Shown here: one piece after another, positions 1 to 9,114 of the stretch
How positions within the stretch are numbered: the stretch's first letter is position 1
Layout: each line of letters opens with the position of its first letter
Virus record (IMG/VR): IMGVR_UViG_3300050821_007016
Span: 10,648 to 74,647 of that record
Source of the DNA: a virus
Length of the DNA: 64,000 bases
Reading direction: 5' to 3' (one strand)
Notes under the pieces: generated by a model
Told to the model about the DNA's origin: nothing
Database searches by the model: none
The model's input: only the letters and a program-made list of their open reading frames with translations
Made by a program: the position numbers and the translations under genes

Positions 1-1413
1 GTTGAGCTGGGTGAAGTCGATCGAAGCCACCATGCCGCAGACAAACGCCGCCTTGGTCGGTCCCTGGATCGTGTCCGGCGCCCATTGCGGATACGTGCCG
101 GAGAAGTTGCCGTTCTGCAGCAGGTCGCCCATCGAGGATGACGCCGGCAGGTTCAGGGTCGGCGTCACGTCGTTGTCCCACGCCACGTACATGTACTCGT
201 CATTGGTCGAGTTGACCCACGTCGCGAACTGCATCTTCTGCGCGTTGGCGCCGCTGTTGCTGTTGTCGGGGTCGAACAGCGTCATCAGCGTCGCCCAGTC
301 CTGGGTGACGGCGACCAGCGAGGTCATGAACGCGACCGGCGTGGCGGCCGCGGCGCCGGGAGAGAGCACCGCGCCGTCCTGCTGGCGCAGGTTGAGCGGG
401 TCGGCGGTGGTGCCGCTGGCGAAGCCCATCGTCGAGGTCAGCGGCGCCGCCGCGATCACTGTCGAGGTGATGATGAAGGCGCCGGAGATCGAGTCGAAGG
501 TCACGGTCACGGGCGAGCCCGCCGCCGTGCAGGCACCGGAGCCGGACGTCGTGTTCGTACTGACGAAGTAGGTGCCGGTGAGGCCGGCGCCAGTTCCGAG
601 CTGGGTGATCTGCGTGCCGGCCGCGATGGTGCCGCCCGCGATGGTCTGGTTGACCGACAGCGTGCCGGACCCCACCGCCGTGACGGTGAGGGTGCCGTAG
701 GTCCCGGAGATCGCCAGCGAGGCGACGTTCTGCGAGTTGTTGATCGAGTAGACGCCGATGCCGCCCGGCGTGCCGCTGATCTGGCCGGTGATGATGGTGC
801 TGGCCGCGATCGCGCCGCCGGTGATGGTGGTGCCAGCGACGATCGTGCCGGAAGTGATGGCGGTGACGGTGAGCTGGTTGCCCTGGATCGATCCGGTGAA
901 GGAGTTGGTGCTAGCGGCGAGCGAGGCGGTGAACGTGGCGACGTTCGGGTTGGCCGCTCCGGCGTTGAGCGCGGTCTGGATCAGGGTCGCGGCGGCCGAG
1001 AAGCTCGACGCAGCCGACAGGTTGAGCGCGGAGGCGCTGCGGACGTAGCCATCGACCGTGATCGTGAGCGTGCCGTTGATCGCCTGCAGCTGCGGGATCG
1101 TCAGCCCGGTGACCGCGGCGCCGCGCAGATAAGCGTCGACCGCGGCGGGATTGTACTGCGCGATCAGCAGCGAGCCTGGCTTCTTGTGGCTGTTGTCGAA
1201 GCCGAGGAAGTAGATTTCGGCCATCTGGAACTCGAACGAGGCCGGGCCGAAGTAGGTCGAGATGTTGGCCGGGCTGGCGAAGGCGAGCACCTGGCCCGCA
1301 GGGGCGCGGGTGTTGGTGGTCAGCATCAGCCCGATCATGTCGAGGGCCGAGCCGCCAGCGGGGAGGACTCCGGGGTTTACCTGGACGATGTCACTGGCGG
1401 GAATCGTTGCCAC
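1..1413 (-). CDS. DUF3383-family tail sheath protein (3' truncated by window edge)
   Basis: Not in ORF track. Manual translation from GTG at 1413 (GGAGG RBS upstream) gives MATIPASDIVQVNPGVLPAGGSALDMIGLMLT...YFLGFDNSHKKPGSLLIAQY, a typical DUF3383 N-terminus. Confidence 0.85.
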   Translation of the reverse strand, partial: MATIPASDIVQVNPGVLPAGGSALDMIGLMLTTNTRAPAGQVLAFASPANISTYFGPASFEFQMAEIYFLGFDNSHKKPGSLLIAQYNPAAVDAYLRGAAVTGLTIPQLQAINGTLTITVDGYVRSASALNLSAASSFSAAATLIQTALNAGAANPNVATFTASLAASTNSFTGSIQGNQLTVTAITSGTIVAGTTITGGAIAASTIITGQISGTPGGIGVYSINNSQNVASLAISGTYGTLTVTAVGSGTLSVNQTIAGGTIAAGTQITQLGTGAGLTGTYFVSTNTTSGSGACTAAGSPVTVTFDSISGAFIITSTVIAAAPLTSTMGFASGTTADPLNLRQQDGAVLSPGAAAATPVAFMTSLVAVTQDWATLMTLFDPDNSNSGANAQKMQFATWVNSTNDEYMYVAWDNDVTPTLNLPASSSMGDLLQNGNFSGTYPQWAPDTIQGPTKAAFVCGMVASIDFTQLN

Positions 1414-1478
1414 GTCAAACCCTCCTGTCGCGATTCACGGTTCGCTTATACACGAATCGCCCCGCTGTCACACCTCGA

Positions 1479-2240
1479 CTACGGATCGTAGAAGATGTCG
1501 ACCGGGATCAGGCCGACGTGGACCTTGTCGGCGTAGTCTTGCGGGACCAGGACAGTCTGGTTGATCTGGATGTGCGCGTCGAGCACCCAGCGCCACTCGA
1601 TCTGCTGCTGGTCGTTGGTGAACGGGCGCTGGGCCGGCTCATCCGCATAGAGCGGCCGCACGTTGTTCTGCGGCGATGGCAGGTCGGCGAAGAACCGCAC
1701 GCCGTTGTCGGATCGCAGCACGATGCCGACCGTCTGCGCCCACGCGTAGGCCGTGTAGTCGTCGCTGTGGAAGTCGAGCTGCATCCGCATCCGGTACGCC
1801 GCGTGCATGATCCACGTGCCCACCGAGAACGCCTCCGGCCCCGGTATGGTCATGGAGTTGTTCAATGTGTAGGTGCCGGCCCCTCCGGGAGGGCCCGAGG
1901 TCTGGGCCGCTATGTAGGTCCCCGGCGTTACGCCGGTGCCGTCGAGCGGGTTGCCGAGCGCGATCGAGCCGATGGTGACGGCGGTGACGGTGAAGGCCTG
2001 CCCCGAGATCGAGCCGACCGCGCGCACGTCGCCGTACTGCTCGAAGTTGGTTGAAAGTCTTTCCAGAGTTACCGGCGTCATCACGACGAAGCTGCCGGTC
2101 TGCGGCTCGGCCGCGCGGTTCGCCTGCGCCGCGATCACGTCGGCGCTAGGAAGCAAGCTCTGGATGAACGCCTGCATGGCGGCCTGAGCGTCAACCTGGA
2201 CCGGGGTGATGACCGATCCGATGATCGGCGTGACGGCCAT
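1479..2240 (-). CDS. Tail terminator/neck protein with inserted Thr/Gly-rich module
   Basis: MAVTPIIGSV...QANRAAEP...MQLDFH...PLYADEP...QQIEWRW. Sits just upstream of the sheath; TGATG coupling with the upstream gene. Confidence 0.7.
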   Translation of the reverse strand: MAVTPIIGSVITPVQVDAQAAMQAFIQSLLPSADVIAAQANRAAEPQTGSFVVMTPVTLERLSTNFEQYGDVRAVGSISGQAFTVTAVTIGSIALGNPLDGTGVTPGTYIAAQTSGPPGGAGTYTLNNSMTIPGPEAFSVGTWIMHAAYRMRMQLDFHSDDYTAYAWAQTVGIVLRSDNGVRFFADLPSPQNNVRPLYADEPAQRPFTNDQQQIEWRWVLDAHIQINQTVLVPQDYADKVHVGLIPVDIFYDP

Positions 2241-2821
2241 CAGGGCGACGAGGACTTGTAGAACGCGGCGTCGAGCGCGGCGCCGGCGGTGGCGCTGATC
2301 ACCCGGATGTTGGCGACCGGGCCGCTGTACATCAGAGGCGCCGCGGTGGTCGTCATTAGCATCCCGACCGTGGTGGTCGGAGCGCCGCCATCGTCGCGCC
2401 AGCGCACGTTCTGCGTCTCGGCCTGGAAGAGCACCGCCGTGGCCCCGTTCGGCGGCCCGACGGTCGTCAGCGAGGCGCCCGATGACGTGCAGGTCTGCGA
2501 GGCGATATAGGTTCCCGCGCCGCCGGTGCCGGTGCCCAGCGAGGCGACGAATGTGCCCGCGGTGATCCCGGTGCCGGAGAGAGGCCATCCGGGATTGATG
2601 TCGCCGGTCACGGCCGAGGCGGTGATGACGTTGCCGGCGCACGTGGCGGTGAAGCTGGCGCCGACGCAGGCGGAGAAGTTCACCTGCGAGTTGAGGCCCG
2701 CCGTCGCGATCTGGCAGACGCCGAGCGCCTGCAGCGGCAGCCCGGTCTGGAACTGCGCCCGCGCTGGAAGCGGCAGCCAGAGCATGAAAGCGACGAACGC
2801 CGCGACGATAAATTTCCTCAT
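2240..2821 (-). CDS. Signal-peptide-bearing hypothetical protein with Thr/Gly-rich module
   Basis: MRKFIVAAFVAFMLWLPLPARA-Q is a Sec-type leader; translationally coupled in the neck operon. Confidence 0.7.
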   Translation of the reverse strand: MRKFIVAAFVAFMLWLPLPARAQFQTGLPLQALGVCQIATAGLNSQVNFSACVGASFTATCAGNVITASAVTGDINPGWPLSGTGITAGTFVASLGTGTGGAGTYIASQTCTSSGASLTTVGPPNGATAVLFQAETQNVRWRDDGGAPTTTVGMLMTTTAAPLMYSGPVANIRVISATAGAALDAAFYKSSSP

Positions 2822-2829
2822 TTCAATCC

Positions 2830-3213
2830 TCACGATCCGTTCTGCAGCGTGATCAACGCCTTGGTCCACCCGGCTGTGATGCTGAAGCCCTCAAGTATCT
2901 TGGTCACCAACCACACGGTGCCATCGGGCAGTGTTACCAGGTCGCCGCCGTTGTTCGAGACTCGAATCAGCCCGTCGATCTCGCCGTTAAGGTAGATCAC
3001 TCGGTTTGTGCCCTGCAAGTTGACGCCGTCGACTTGACGAAGATCGGGCCACTCCATCGGCTGGACCTGCGCCTGCACGGTGACGGCCGGCGCGTAGGTA
3101 GGCGTGCGAACTCCGCCCGGGCCTGTGTCGTAGCCGGTCGAGACCTGGACCGAGACCAGCATGTTTGGGTTAACCGCGCCGATCGGCCCCCTGACGATGT
3201 TGTGCAGGTTCAT
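2830..3213 (-). CDS. Head-closure/head-tail joining protein
   Basis: MNLHNIVRGPIGAVNPN...QAQVQ...GGDLV...WLV...WTK pattern, typical of neck genes in this phage group. Confidence 0.7.
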   Translation of the reverse strand: MNLHNIVRGPIGAVNPNMLVSVQVSTGYDTGPGGVRTPTYAPAVTVQAQVQPMEWPDLRQVDGVNLQGTNRVIYLNGEIDGLIRVSNNGGDLVTLPDGTVWLVTKILEGFSITAGWTKALITLQNGS

Positions 3214-3425
3214 TTCGCCCCCATCGCCGCGACGCGGGCGTGCCCTGAGAGGTGAGCGCCGAGGCCCTTGTTGGCCGACTGCGGCGCGATCTCATCGCTC
3301 CAGCTTTTCGTTGGGTCCGCATAGTCTATCGTCGCCCAGCGCGCGCCGCAGGAATGGCAGAAGAGGTAAAAATCCCCCGAGCCGAAGTTCAGGATCAGGT
3401 GCGCGCATTCCTCGCGAGGCTTCAT
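3210..3425 (-). CDS. Small hypothetical protein (CxH...CxxC, possible Zn-binding)
   Basis: MKPREECAH...FCHSCGARW; coupled start/stop overlaps on both sides. Confidence 0.55.
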   Translation of the reverse strand: MKPREECAHLILNFGSGDFYLFCHSCGARWATIDYADPTKSWSDEIAPQSANKGLGAHLSGHARVAAMGAK

Positions 3426-3754
3426 CAGAACGTCACCAGGTTGGCCGGGTTGGCGCTGAGGCGGAACATGCCGTCCTCGGCGGTGACCGGGATCGGGTCC
3501 GATGCGCCGGTGTGGATCGACCAGTAGATGTCCTGCGGCGCGTGGTTGCGCGTGTCCCACAGCGCCGTCCACAACGTTCCGATGCCGCCGGGCGGGGTCA
3601 TCGGCACCGCGATCGGCGCGCTCTCCTGCGCCGGCTGGATGTTGACCGTCGCGTTGTCCGGGACCACCACGTTGTTGTTTACGTCATAGAAGGTCGTCGC
3701 GAACTGCACGGTCGCGCCGCGGATGATTATCTGGGTGTTGCCTTGCAGCGCCAT
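3425..3754 (-). CDS. Beta-rich small structural/adaptor protein
   Basis: MALQGNTQIIIRGATVQFATTFYD...WDT; an Ig/BppU-N-like fold is inferred only. Confidence 0.55.
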   Translation of the reverse strand: MALQGNTQIIIRGATVQFATTFYDVNNNVVVPDNATVNIQPAQESAPIAVPMTPPGGIGTLWTALWDTRNHAPQDIYWSIHTGASDPIPVTAEDGMFRLSANPANLVTF

Positions 3755-3758
3755 CGAT

Positions 3759-6700
3759 TCACCTTCCCGACGGCTCCCCACTTACCACGGTTTTTGCCGA
3801 GGCGGCAGTCACCGCCGTCGAGGCCGACGCCTGGGTGACCGTCGTGATGCCGGACGCCTGGGTGACGATGGTCGTGGCGTAGAACACCGAGACGGTTCGA
3901 GGCAGCGACCAGCCCTGCTCGAACGGCATCGCGCCGGCCGGGTTGCGGCCTCGCCGCGCGTACATGTCCGGCGCCCCGAAGACGGTAGGCGTCAGGGGCG
4001 GCGGCGGGATGAAGGCGCCGTCGACCGTCCAGACCGCCTGGATGGCCCCGTAGACGCGCTGGCGCGGCCTCTGGGGCGCGTCCGTCAGCTCCCAGCCTCG
4101 GTACACCCAGGTCGGAATCGACGCGTCGGTGGCCTCCGTACCGCGCGCCAGGGCGCCGGCCCGGTTGAATGGCTTCCGGTAGTGGATCGGAACCGGCTCG
4201 AAGCCCCAGATCGGCAGGGGCTGGGTGGCCTCGATGCCGTCCGCGCCGCGCGCCAGGGCGCCCGATCGCTCGGGTCGAGGATGAGGCGGCTGGACCGGCT
4301 GAACCTCAAAGCTGAACGGGAGGAACTGGAGGAACGGCTGAACCGGGTCGTTCCAGTCCCGGAACGGGTCGATCGCGCGCCGGTAGCGCTGTAGCGGTGG
4401 CTGAAAATCGAACGAGAACGGCGGCGTCGCGATTCGCTGGAACGTGAACTCGATCCCCTGATCGCCGGCCGCGATCGCGCCGGCCTTTTCCGGGCGAGGG
4501 TGGGGAGGCTGGATGCTCTGCTGCTCGAATCCGGCCGGGTAGAAGTTCACTAGCGGGAAGTCCGACGCGTCGACGCCGCGCGGCGCGATGGCGCCAGAAC
4601 GCGCCGGCCTCGGATAAGGCGGCTGCATCGACTGGACCTCGAACCCCCATCCTACCGGTGGCCCTGGCACCACGTAGACGCCCTCGGTGCCCTGGTCGCC
4701 CGCCATGATGGCGGCGGAGCGCTCCGGGCGAGGGTGGTTCGGCTGGTGCGGCACGCTCGGCCACCCATAAGGGAGGAAGTTGATCAGCGGGTACTCGCTG
4801 CCGTCGTCGCCGCGGGCGATCGCCGCCGAGTGCTGCTCCGGCCGCGGATGCGGAGGCTGGACCGGCTGCGCGTCGAACCCGAACGGGAAGAAATTGATCG
4901 GTGGTTGCTCGTTGCCGTCGTCCCATCGCGCCAGGGCGCCGGCCTTGATGAACCGGTGCGACAGCTGGACCTGCGGCTGATCGAAGCCCCACCCGCTGGT
5001 GGTCGGCGACGGCGGGATGAATGCAGCCTCGATCCCGGTGTCGCCGGGATCGAACGTCTTGCGGCGAACGCGAAACCAGGTCTGCGCCACGTCGTCGGTC
5101 CAGGGCTGGGTGCTTAAGATCGCGAAGGTGCTCTCGCCGTAGGCGCCCTGACCCCTGGTCGAAACCCGCCGGGCCATCGATGGCAGGATCGTCGGCTGAA
5201 ATGCCCACGCCGAGAGCGGAGGGGCGGGGAAGACCGGGTAGTCCTCCGCCTTGTCCTTGATGGCGGGGTAGCGCCCGGCGATCGTTCTCTTCAGCATCGG
5301 AAGGGTAGGGTCGAAGCCCCAGCCACTGGTCACCGGGACCGGCGCCATGAGCGGCGCCTGCGTGCCGGAGTCGCCGGGGTCGAACGGCTTCAGGCGGCGG
5401 CGGAAGAAGGTCTGCTGGGCGTCGTCGGCCCACGGCGAGGTGCTAAAGGCCACGAACTGGCTGTCGCCGAACGCCGCCTGCGAGCGCGCCGAGATTCGCC
5501 CGGCCATCGAGGGCTGCACGGACTGGGTCTCGAAGCCCCAGCCGGTGGTGAGCGGCGCCGGAGGAGGAATGAACACCGCCTCGTTGCCCTGGTCGCCGGC
5601 GGCGAGCGCGCCGCTCCGCTCCGGGCGCGGGTGCGGTGGTTGCGGAGGCTGAACGTCGATGAAGATCGGCAGCGTGAGCGCCAGGAACTCGCTGCGGCCC
5701 TTGATGCCGGGGTAGCGCTGCGCCGGGGGCACGCGTCGCAGCATCGGCAGCGACGCCTCGAAGCCCCAGCCGACCGGTGGCCCGGGCAAGACGTAGACGG
5801 CCTCGATGCCGGGTTCCCCGGCCATGATCGCTCCCGACTTCTCGCTCCGGGGATGCGGAGGCTGGAACGAGTACTCGAAGCCCCACGTGGTCAGGGCCGG
5901 CGGCGCGACGAGCACGCCCTCGATCCCAGAATCGCCGGCCATCACGGATCCGGACTTCTCCGGGCGCGGGTGCGGCGGCTGGACGGACTGCACCTCGAAT
6001 CCCCACGGGTAGAAGTTGATGAACGGGGCCTGGTTGCCATCGTCGCTTCGCGCGATCATCCCCGATCGCCGCGCCGCTATCGACGCTCGTGCCGGCGGCT
6101 GCGGCGGTTGCACGTCCCAGCCAGCGTTGATCCAGTTGATCAGTGGAAACTCGCTGCCGTCCTCGGAGGTCGTCATCAGCAGCATGCCGCGGCGAGCGAC
6201 CTTCGGCTGGAGGTAATACTCGAAGCCCCACGTCGTGGGCGGCGGGATCGGCGGGATGAACGGGGCCTCGATGCCGGGTTCCCCGGCCATGACGGCGCCG
6301 CTCCGCTCCGGCTTGGGATGCGGAGGCTGCACCGACTGCACCTCGGTGAACGGCGCCAGGACGAAGGCCGCGAACTCGCTGCGCCCCTTCGTCGCGGCGA
6401 CGCGCGCCTGCCTGACGCCGGGGTTGCGCGCGACGATCGGTAACGTGGGATCGAAGCCCCAGCCTGACGTGACCATCGCCTGCTGCGCCATCACGTTCTC
6501 GTTGCCCTGATCCCCGGCCATCAGCGCCCCCGCCTTCACGAAGGGCGACTGGCGGGTGCTGTACGGGGTCGGCGGCTGGAACGATTGAACCTCCCATCCC
6601 ATCGGGAAGAAGTTGACCAGCGCGCACTCGATGCCGTCCTCGCGCGGCATGATCCCGGCGCGCTTGGCGCGGAACGCCGGTGGCTGCACCGACTGCACCT

Positions 6701-7730
6701 CGAAGCCCACGTTCTGCCAGACGATCAGCGGCCACTCGATGCCGTCCTCCTTCGGTGCGATCGCGCCGATCGGTTTTCTCGCCGGCTTGGCAGGCGGCTG
6801 CGGAGGCTGGACCTCGAAGCCGACGTTCTGCCAGGGCGGGAAGATCGCGAACTCGGCCTTGCCCTTGATGCCCGGGTAGCGACGGGTGATGAGCGGCCTC
6901 TGCGACATCAGCGGCAGCGTCGGTTCGAAGCCCACGTTCTGCCAGTTGATCTTGACCTGCTCGATGCCGTCGTCGCCGCGCATGGTCGCCGCGCGCTGAC
7001 GGGCCTTCGGCGCCCTGTTCACCAGCGGGTTGCTCATGCCCGCGCCCGAGGACTCCCATCCCCAGATCGGCCCCTGCTGGATCAGCAAGGAGACGCCGAG
7101 CGACGTCTGGGTCGTGCCGAAAGTCCAGTTATTGGCTCCGGTGGCGCTGGCGCTCGACAGCGCGAGCGACGCCGCGCCGAATCCGAGCTGCGACGCCGTG
7201 CCCGCCACGGTCAGGATGCTCGTCATGCCCGTCGGTATCGTCACGGTGGTGGCGCCGAGCGCGCCCTCGAAGATGTAGCAGACGAGGGTGTCGTTGACGT
7301 TGCCCGCGCCCGGCGTGATGGTTGGCGACGGCGGGGTCGTGCTGGTCGCATTCAGCGACGTGGTGGGGCTGCCGTCGATCAGGGCCGCGCCCGCGCCCGC
7401 CCACTCCTCGAACGACCACTCGCCGCCGGCGGTCGAGGTCGTCGTCCAGGTGAAGGCGCCCGAGAACGATGCGTTCGGAGACGGCGCTACCTTGGTGAAG
7501 ATGGCCGCCGACGCCAACCCGCCGGACGCGGTCGTCGTGGTGGCGAGCGTCGTCGTCCACCCGCCCGGCGGGGTGATCGCGGTGGGCGCCGTCGCGCCGC
7601 CCACCAGAATCGTGACGATCATCAGGTTGCCGGCGGTGACGCTGCCATTGCTGGTCACGGTGATCGTCGTGACGCCGGACCCGATCGTGGCGTTGTTCTT
7701 CGTCGCGGCTACTATCGTCGGGTTCGGCAT
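3759..7730 (-). CDS. 1323-aa protein: ~220-aa Thr/Ser-rich beta domain followed by ~27 degenerate Pro-rich repeats
   Basis: Long ORF; repeat consensus WGFEVQSVQPPHPRPERSGAIMAGDQGIE. Confidence 0.85.
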   Translation of the reverse strand: MPNPTIVAATKNNATIGSGVTTITVTSNGSVTAGNLMIVTILVGGATAPTAITPPGGWTTTLATTTTASGGLASAAIFTKVAPSPNASFSGAFTWTTTSTAGGEWSFEEWAGAGAALIDGSPTTSLNATSTTPPSPTITPGAGNVNDTLVCYIFEGALGATTVTIPTGMTSILTVAGTASQLGFGAASLALSSASATGANNWTFGTTQTSLGVSLLIQQGPIWGWESSGAGMSNPLVNRAPKARQRAATMRGDDGIEQVKINWQNVGFEPTLPLMSQRPLITRRYPGIKGKAEFAIFPPWQNVGFEVQPPQPPAKPARKPIGAIAPKEDGIEWPLIVWQNVGFEVQSVQPPAFRAKRAGIMPREDGIECALVNFFPMGWEVQSFQPPTPYSTRQSPFVKAGALMAGDQGNENVMAQQAMVTSGWGFDPTLPIVARNPGVRQARVAATKGRSEFAAFVLAPFTEVQSVQPPHPKPERSGAVMAGEPGIEAPFIPPIPPPTTWGFEYYLQPKVARRGMLLMTTSEDGSEFPLINWINAGWDVQPPQPPARASIAARRSGMIARSDDGNQAPFINFYPWGFEVQSVQPPHPRPEKSGSVMAGDSGIEGVLVAPPALTTWGFEYSFQPPHPRSEKSGAIMAGEPGIEAVYVLPGPPVGWGFEASLPMLRRVPPAQRYPGIKGRSEFLALTLPIFIDVQPPQPPHPRPERSGALAAGDQGNEAVFIPPPAPLTTGWGFETQSVQPSMAGRISARSQAAFGDSQFVAFSTSPWADDAQQTFFRRRLKPFDPGDSGTQAPLMAPVPVTSGWGFDPTLPMLKRTIAGRYPAIKDKAEDYPVFPAPPLSAWAFQPTILPSMARRVSTRGQGAYGESTFAILSTQPWTDDVAQTWFRVRRKTFDPGDTGIEAAFIPPSPTTSGWGFDQPQVQLSHRFIKAGALARWDDGNEQPPINFFPFGFDAQPVQPPHPRPEQHSAAIARGDDGSEYPLINFLPYGWPSVPHQPNHPRPERSAAIMAGDQGTEGVYVVPGPPVGWGFEVQSMQPPYPRPARSGAIAPRGVDASDFPLVNFYPAGFEQQSIQPPHPRPEKAGAIAAGDQGIEFTFQRIATPPFSFDFQPPLQRYRRAIDPFRDWNDPVQPFLQFLPFSFEVQPVQPPHPRPERSGALARGADGIEATQPLPIWGFEPVPIHYRKPFNRAGALARGTEATDASIPTWVYRGWELTDAPQRPRQRVYGAIQAVWTVDGAFIPPPPLTPTVFGAPDMYARRGRNPAGAMPFEQGWSLPRTVSVFYATTIVTQASGITTVTQASASTAVTAASAKTVVSGEPSGR
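3880..7070 (-). repeat. Intragenic degenerate tandem repeats (~38-40 aa unit)
   Basis: Recurrent G[FW][ED]...QPPHPRPE...GD.G.E. Exact DNA copy ggcctcgatgccgggttccccggccatga near 5799 and 6264. Confidence 0.85.
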
Positions 7731-7750
7731 GCCCGCCTTTTAGCAGATTC

Positions 7751-8449
7751 CTACCATTCACTAACGACGAAGATGCCGGGCGCGCTCGGCGGCGGCGGGC
7801 CAGCTGCCGGCGCCCACGCCACGCCGACGAGGATCGACGACGAGCCGGTCGAGGCCGTCGAGGCGGTGACCGTCACCGAACCGGTCGAGGTCGTATGGGC
7901 GGCGCTGCAGTCCGAGCTTCCGCCGGAGCCGGTGACCGACGTGTAGTAGTCCTGCGTGGCGTTGGTCCACGACATGCTGTCGACGATGCCGCCGCGATTC
8001 ATGAACGCCTCGGCCGACCCGCCTCCCGCCGGCACCGAGATCGAGAACGACGGGTTGTCCGTCGTCGATGTAGCCGTCACCGCCGAGGACGGCGACGACT
8101 GGCTGCCGGTCAGGGCATAAAGCGCGCACTGCATGCGGTCGGAGGTGGCGGCTGTGGACAGCGTCACCACCACGTTGCCGGACGTCCCGGTCGGCACGGC
8201 GGCGTACCAGGCGTCGCCGATCAGTGCATTGTCGCCGGAGGTGATCTGCGCGTTGGTGACCTGCGTCGCGGTGACGCCGGCGATCGTGACGGATGAATAG
8301 GATGCACCGGTCTGGTTGACGCGGTCGGTGAGGATCGCCTGCAGGATTCGGTCGGACGACGGGGTGCCGAGGTTGAGCGCGGAGAACGTGACGACGTTGC
8401 TGGTCGAGCCGTCCGTGCCCTTGTCGACGTTGGTATAGCTGAAGGCCAT
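7751..8449 (-). CDS. Thr/Ser-rich putative virion accessory protein, C-terminus ...PPPPSAPGIFVVSEW
   Basis: 232-aa ORF with beta-rich composition. Confidence 0.75.
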   Translation of the reverse strand: MAFSYTNVDKGTDGSTSNVVTFSALNLGTPSSDRILQAILTDRVNQTGASYSSVTIAGVTATQVTNAQITSGDNALIGDAWYAAVPTGTSGNVVVTLSTAATSDRMQCALYALTGSQSSPSSAVTATSTTDNPSFSISVPAGGGSAEAFMNRGGIVDSMSWTNATQDYYTSVTGSGGSSDCSAAHTTSTGSVTVTASTASTGSSSILVGVAWAPAAGPPPPSAPGIFVVSEW

Positions 8450-8453
8450 TGTG

Positions 8454-9101
8454 TCACCACTCCGACGATGCGATGCCGAGGATGTTCGGCACGATGACGC
8501 CGCCGGAGGGCGGCAGCCAAGAGTAGGCTTGTATCATCGCGCCGGAGCCGGAGGACGCGTTGGTGAACCCCACCGTCTGCGCGCCCGCCGCGCCGACGTT
8601 GAGATTGTACTCCGCCTGGTCGAACTGGATGATGTCGTCCAGACCCATGCTCGTATAGCCGCCGGCCGCGGAGGCGCTGCCGCCGAGGTTGAGCAGCTGA
8701 CCCACGACCAGGGCGTTCGCTCCGCCGGTCGTGATGCCGATGCTGATGTTGGCGCCGCTCGTGCTCGAATTGCCGACCGAGGTATCGTAGGTGGCCGGGC
8801 CACCGAGGACCTGGAAGGCCCAGAACTGGCTCGTCGGCGTCCCGCTGAGCCCAAGCGTGAACGTCTTGCTTCCCCCCGAGCTGAGCGTGCAGTCGGCCAT
8901 CTGCATCTGCCAGAAGCCGGACAGCTGCGTCCCCCTGAGGTTGACCGTCTCTCCGGGGCAGGTGATGCCGGACACGGTGGTGGGCTCCGTCATGTAGCCG
9001 ATGATCACGGTTTGGCCCGCCGTGCACCCGGTAAGGGTGAGCACGTTGGTGGCCGTGCTGGAGTCGTTGAAGACCGGAGAGACGCCGAGGGTGAAGGCCA
9101 A
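8454..9101 (-). CDS. Thr/Ser/Gly-rich putative virion accessory protein, C-terminus ...PNILGIASSEW
   Basis: 215-aa ORF, TTG start with GGGG RBS. Confidence 0.75.
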   Translation of the reverse strand: MAFTLGVSPVFNDSSTATNVLTLTGCTAGQTVIIGYMTEPTTVSGITCPGETVNLRGTQLSGFWQMQMADCTLSSGGSKTFTLGLSGTPTSQFWAFQVLGGPATYDTSVGNSSTSGANISIGITTGGANALVVGQLLNLGGSASAAGGYTSMGLDDIIQFDQAEYNLNVGAAGAQTVGFTNASSGSGAMIQAYSWLPPSGGVIVPNILGIASSEW

Positions 9102-9114
9102 ATGATTTCCCCTG

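Noticed and set aside
3880-7070. Repeat region as a CRISPR array or DGR template
   Set aside because: Repeats are degenerate, in-frame and conserved at protein level; there is no spacer structure, cas gene or reverse transcriptase.
3759-7730. Multi-core RiPP precursor
   Set aside because: No peptidase, exporter or RiPP maturase nearby; the globular N-domain and structural-operon context fit a virion role better.
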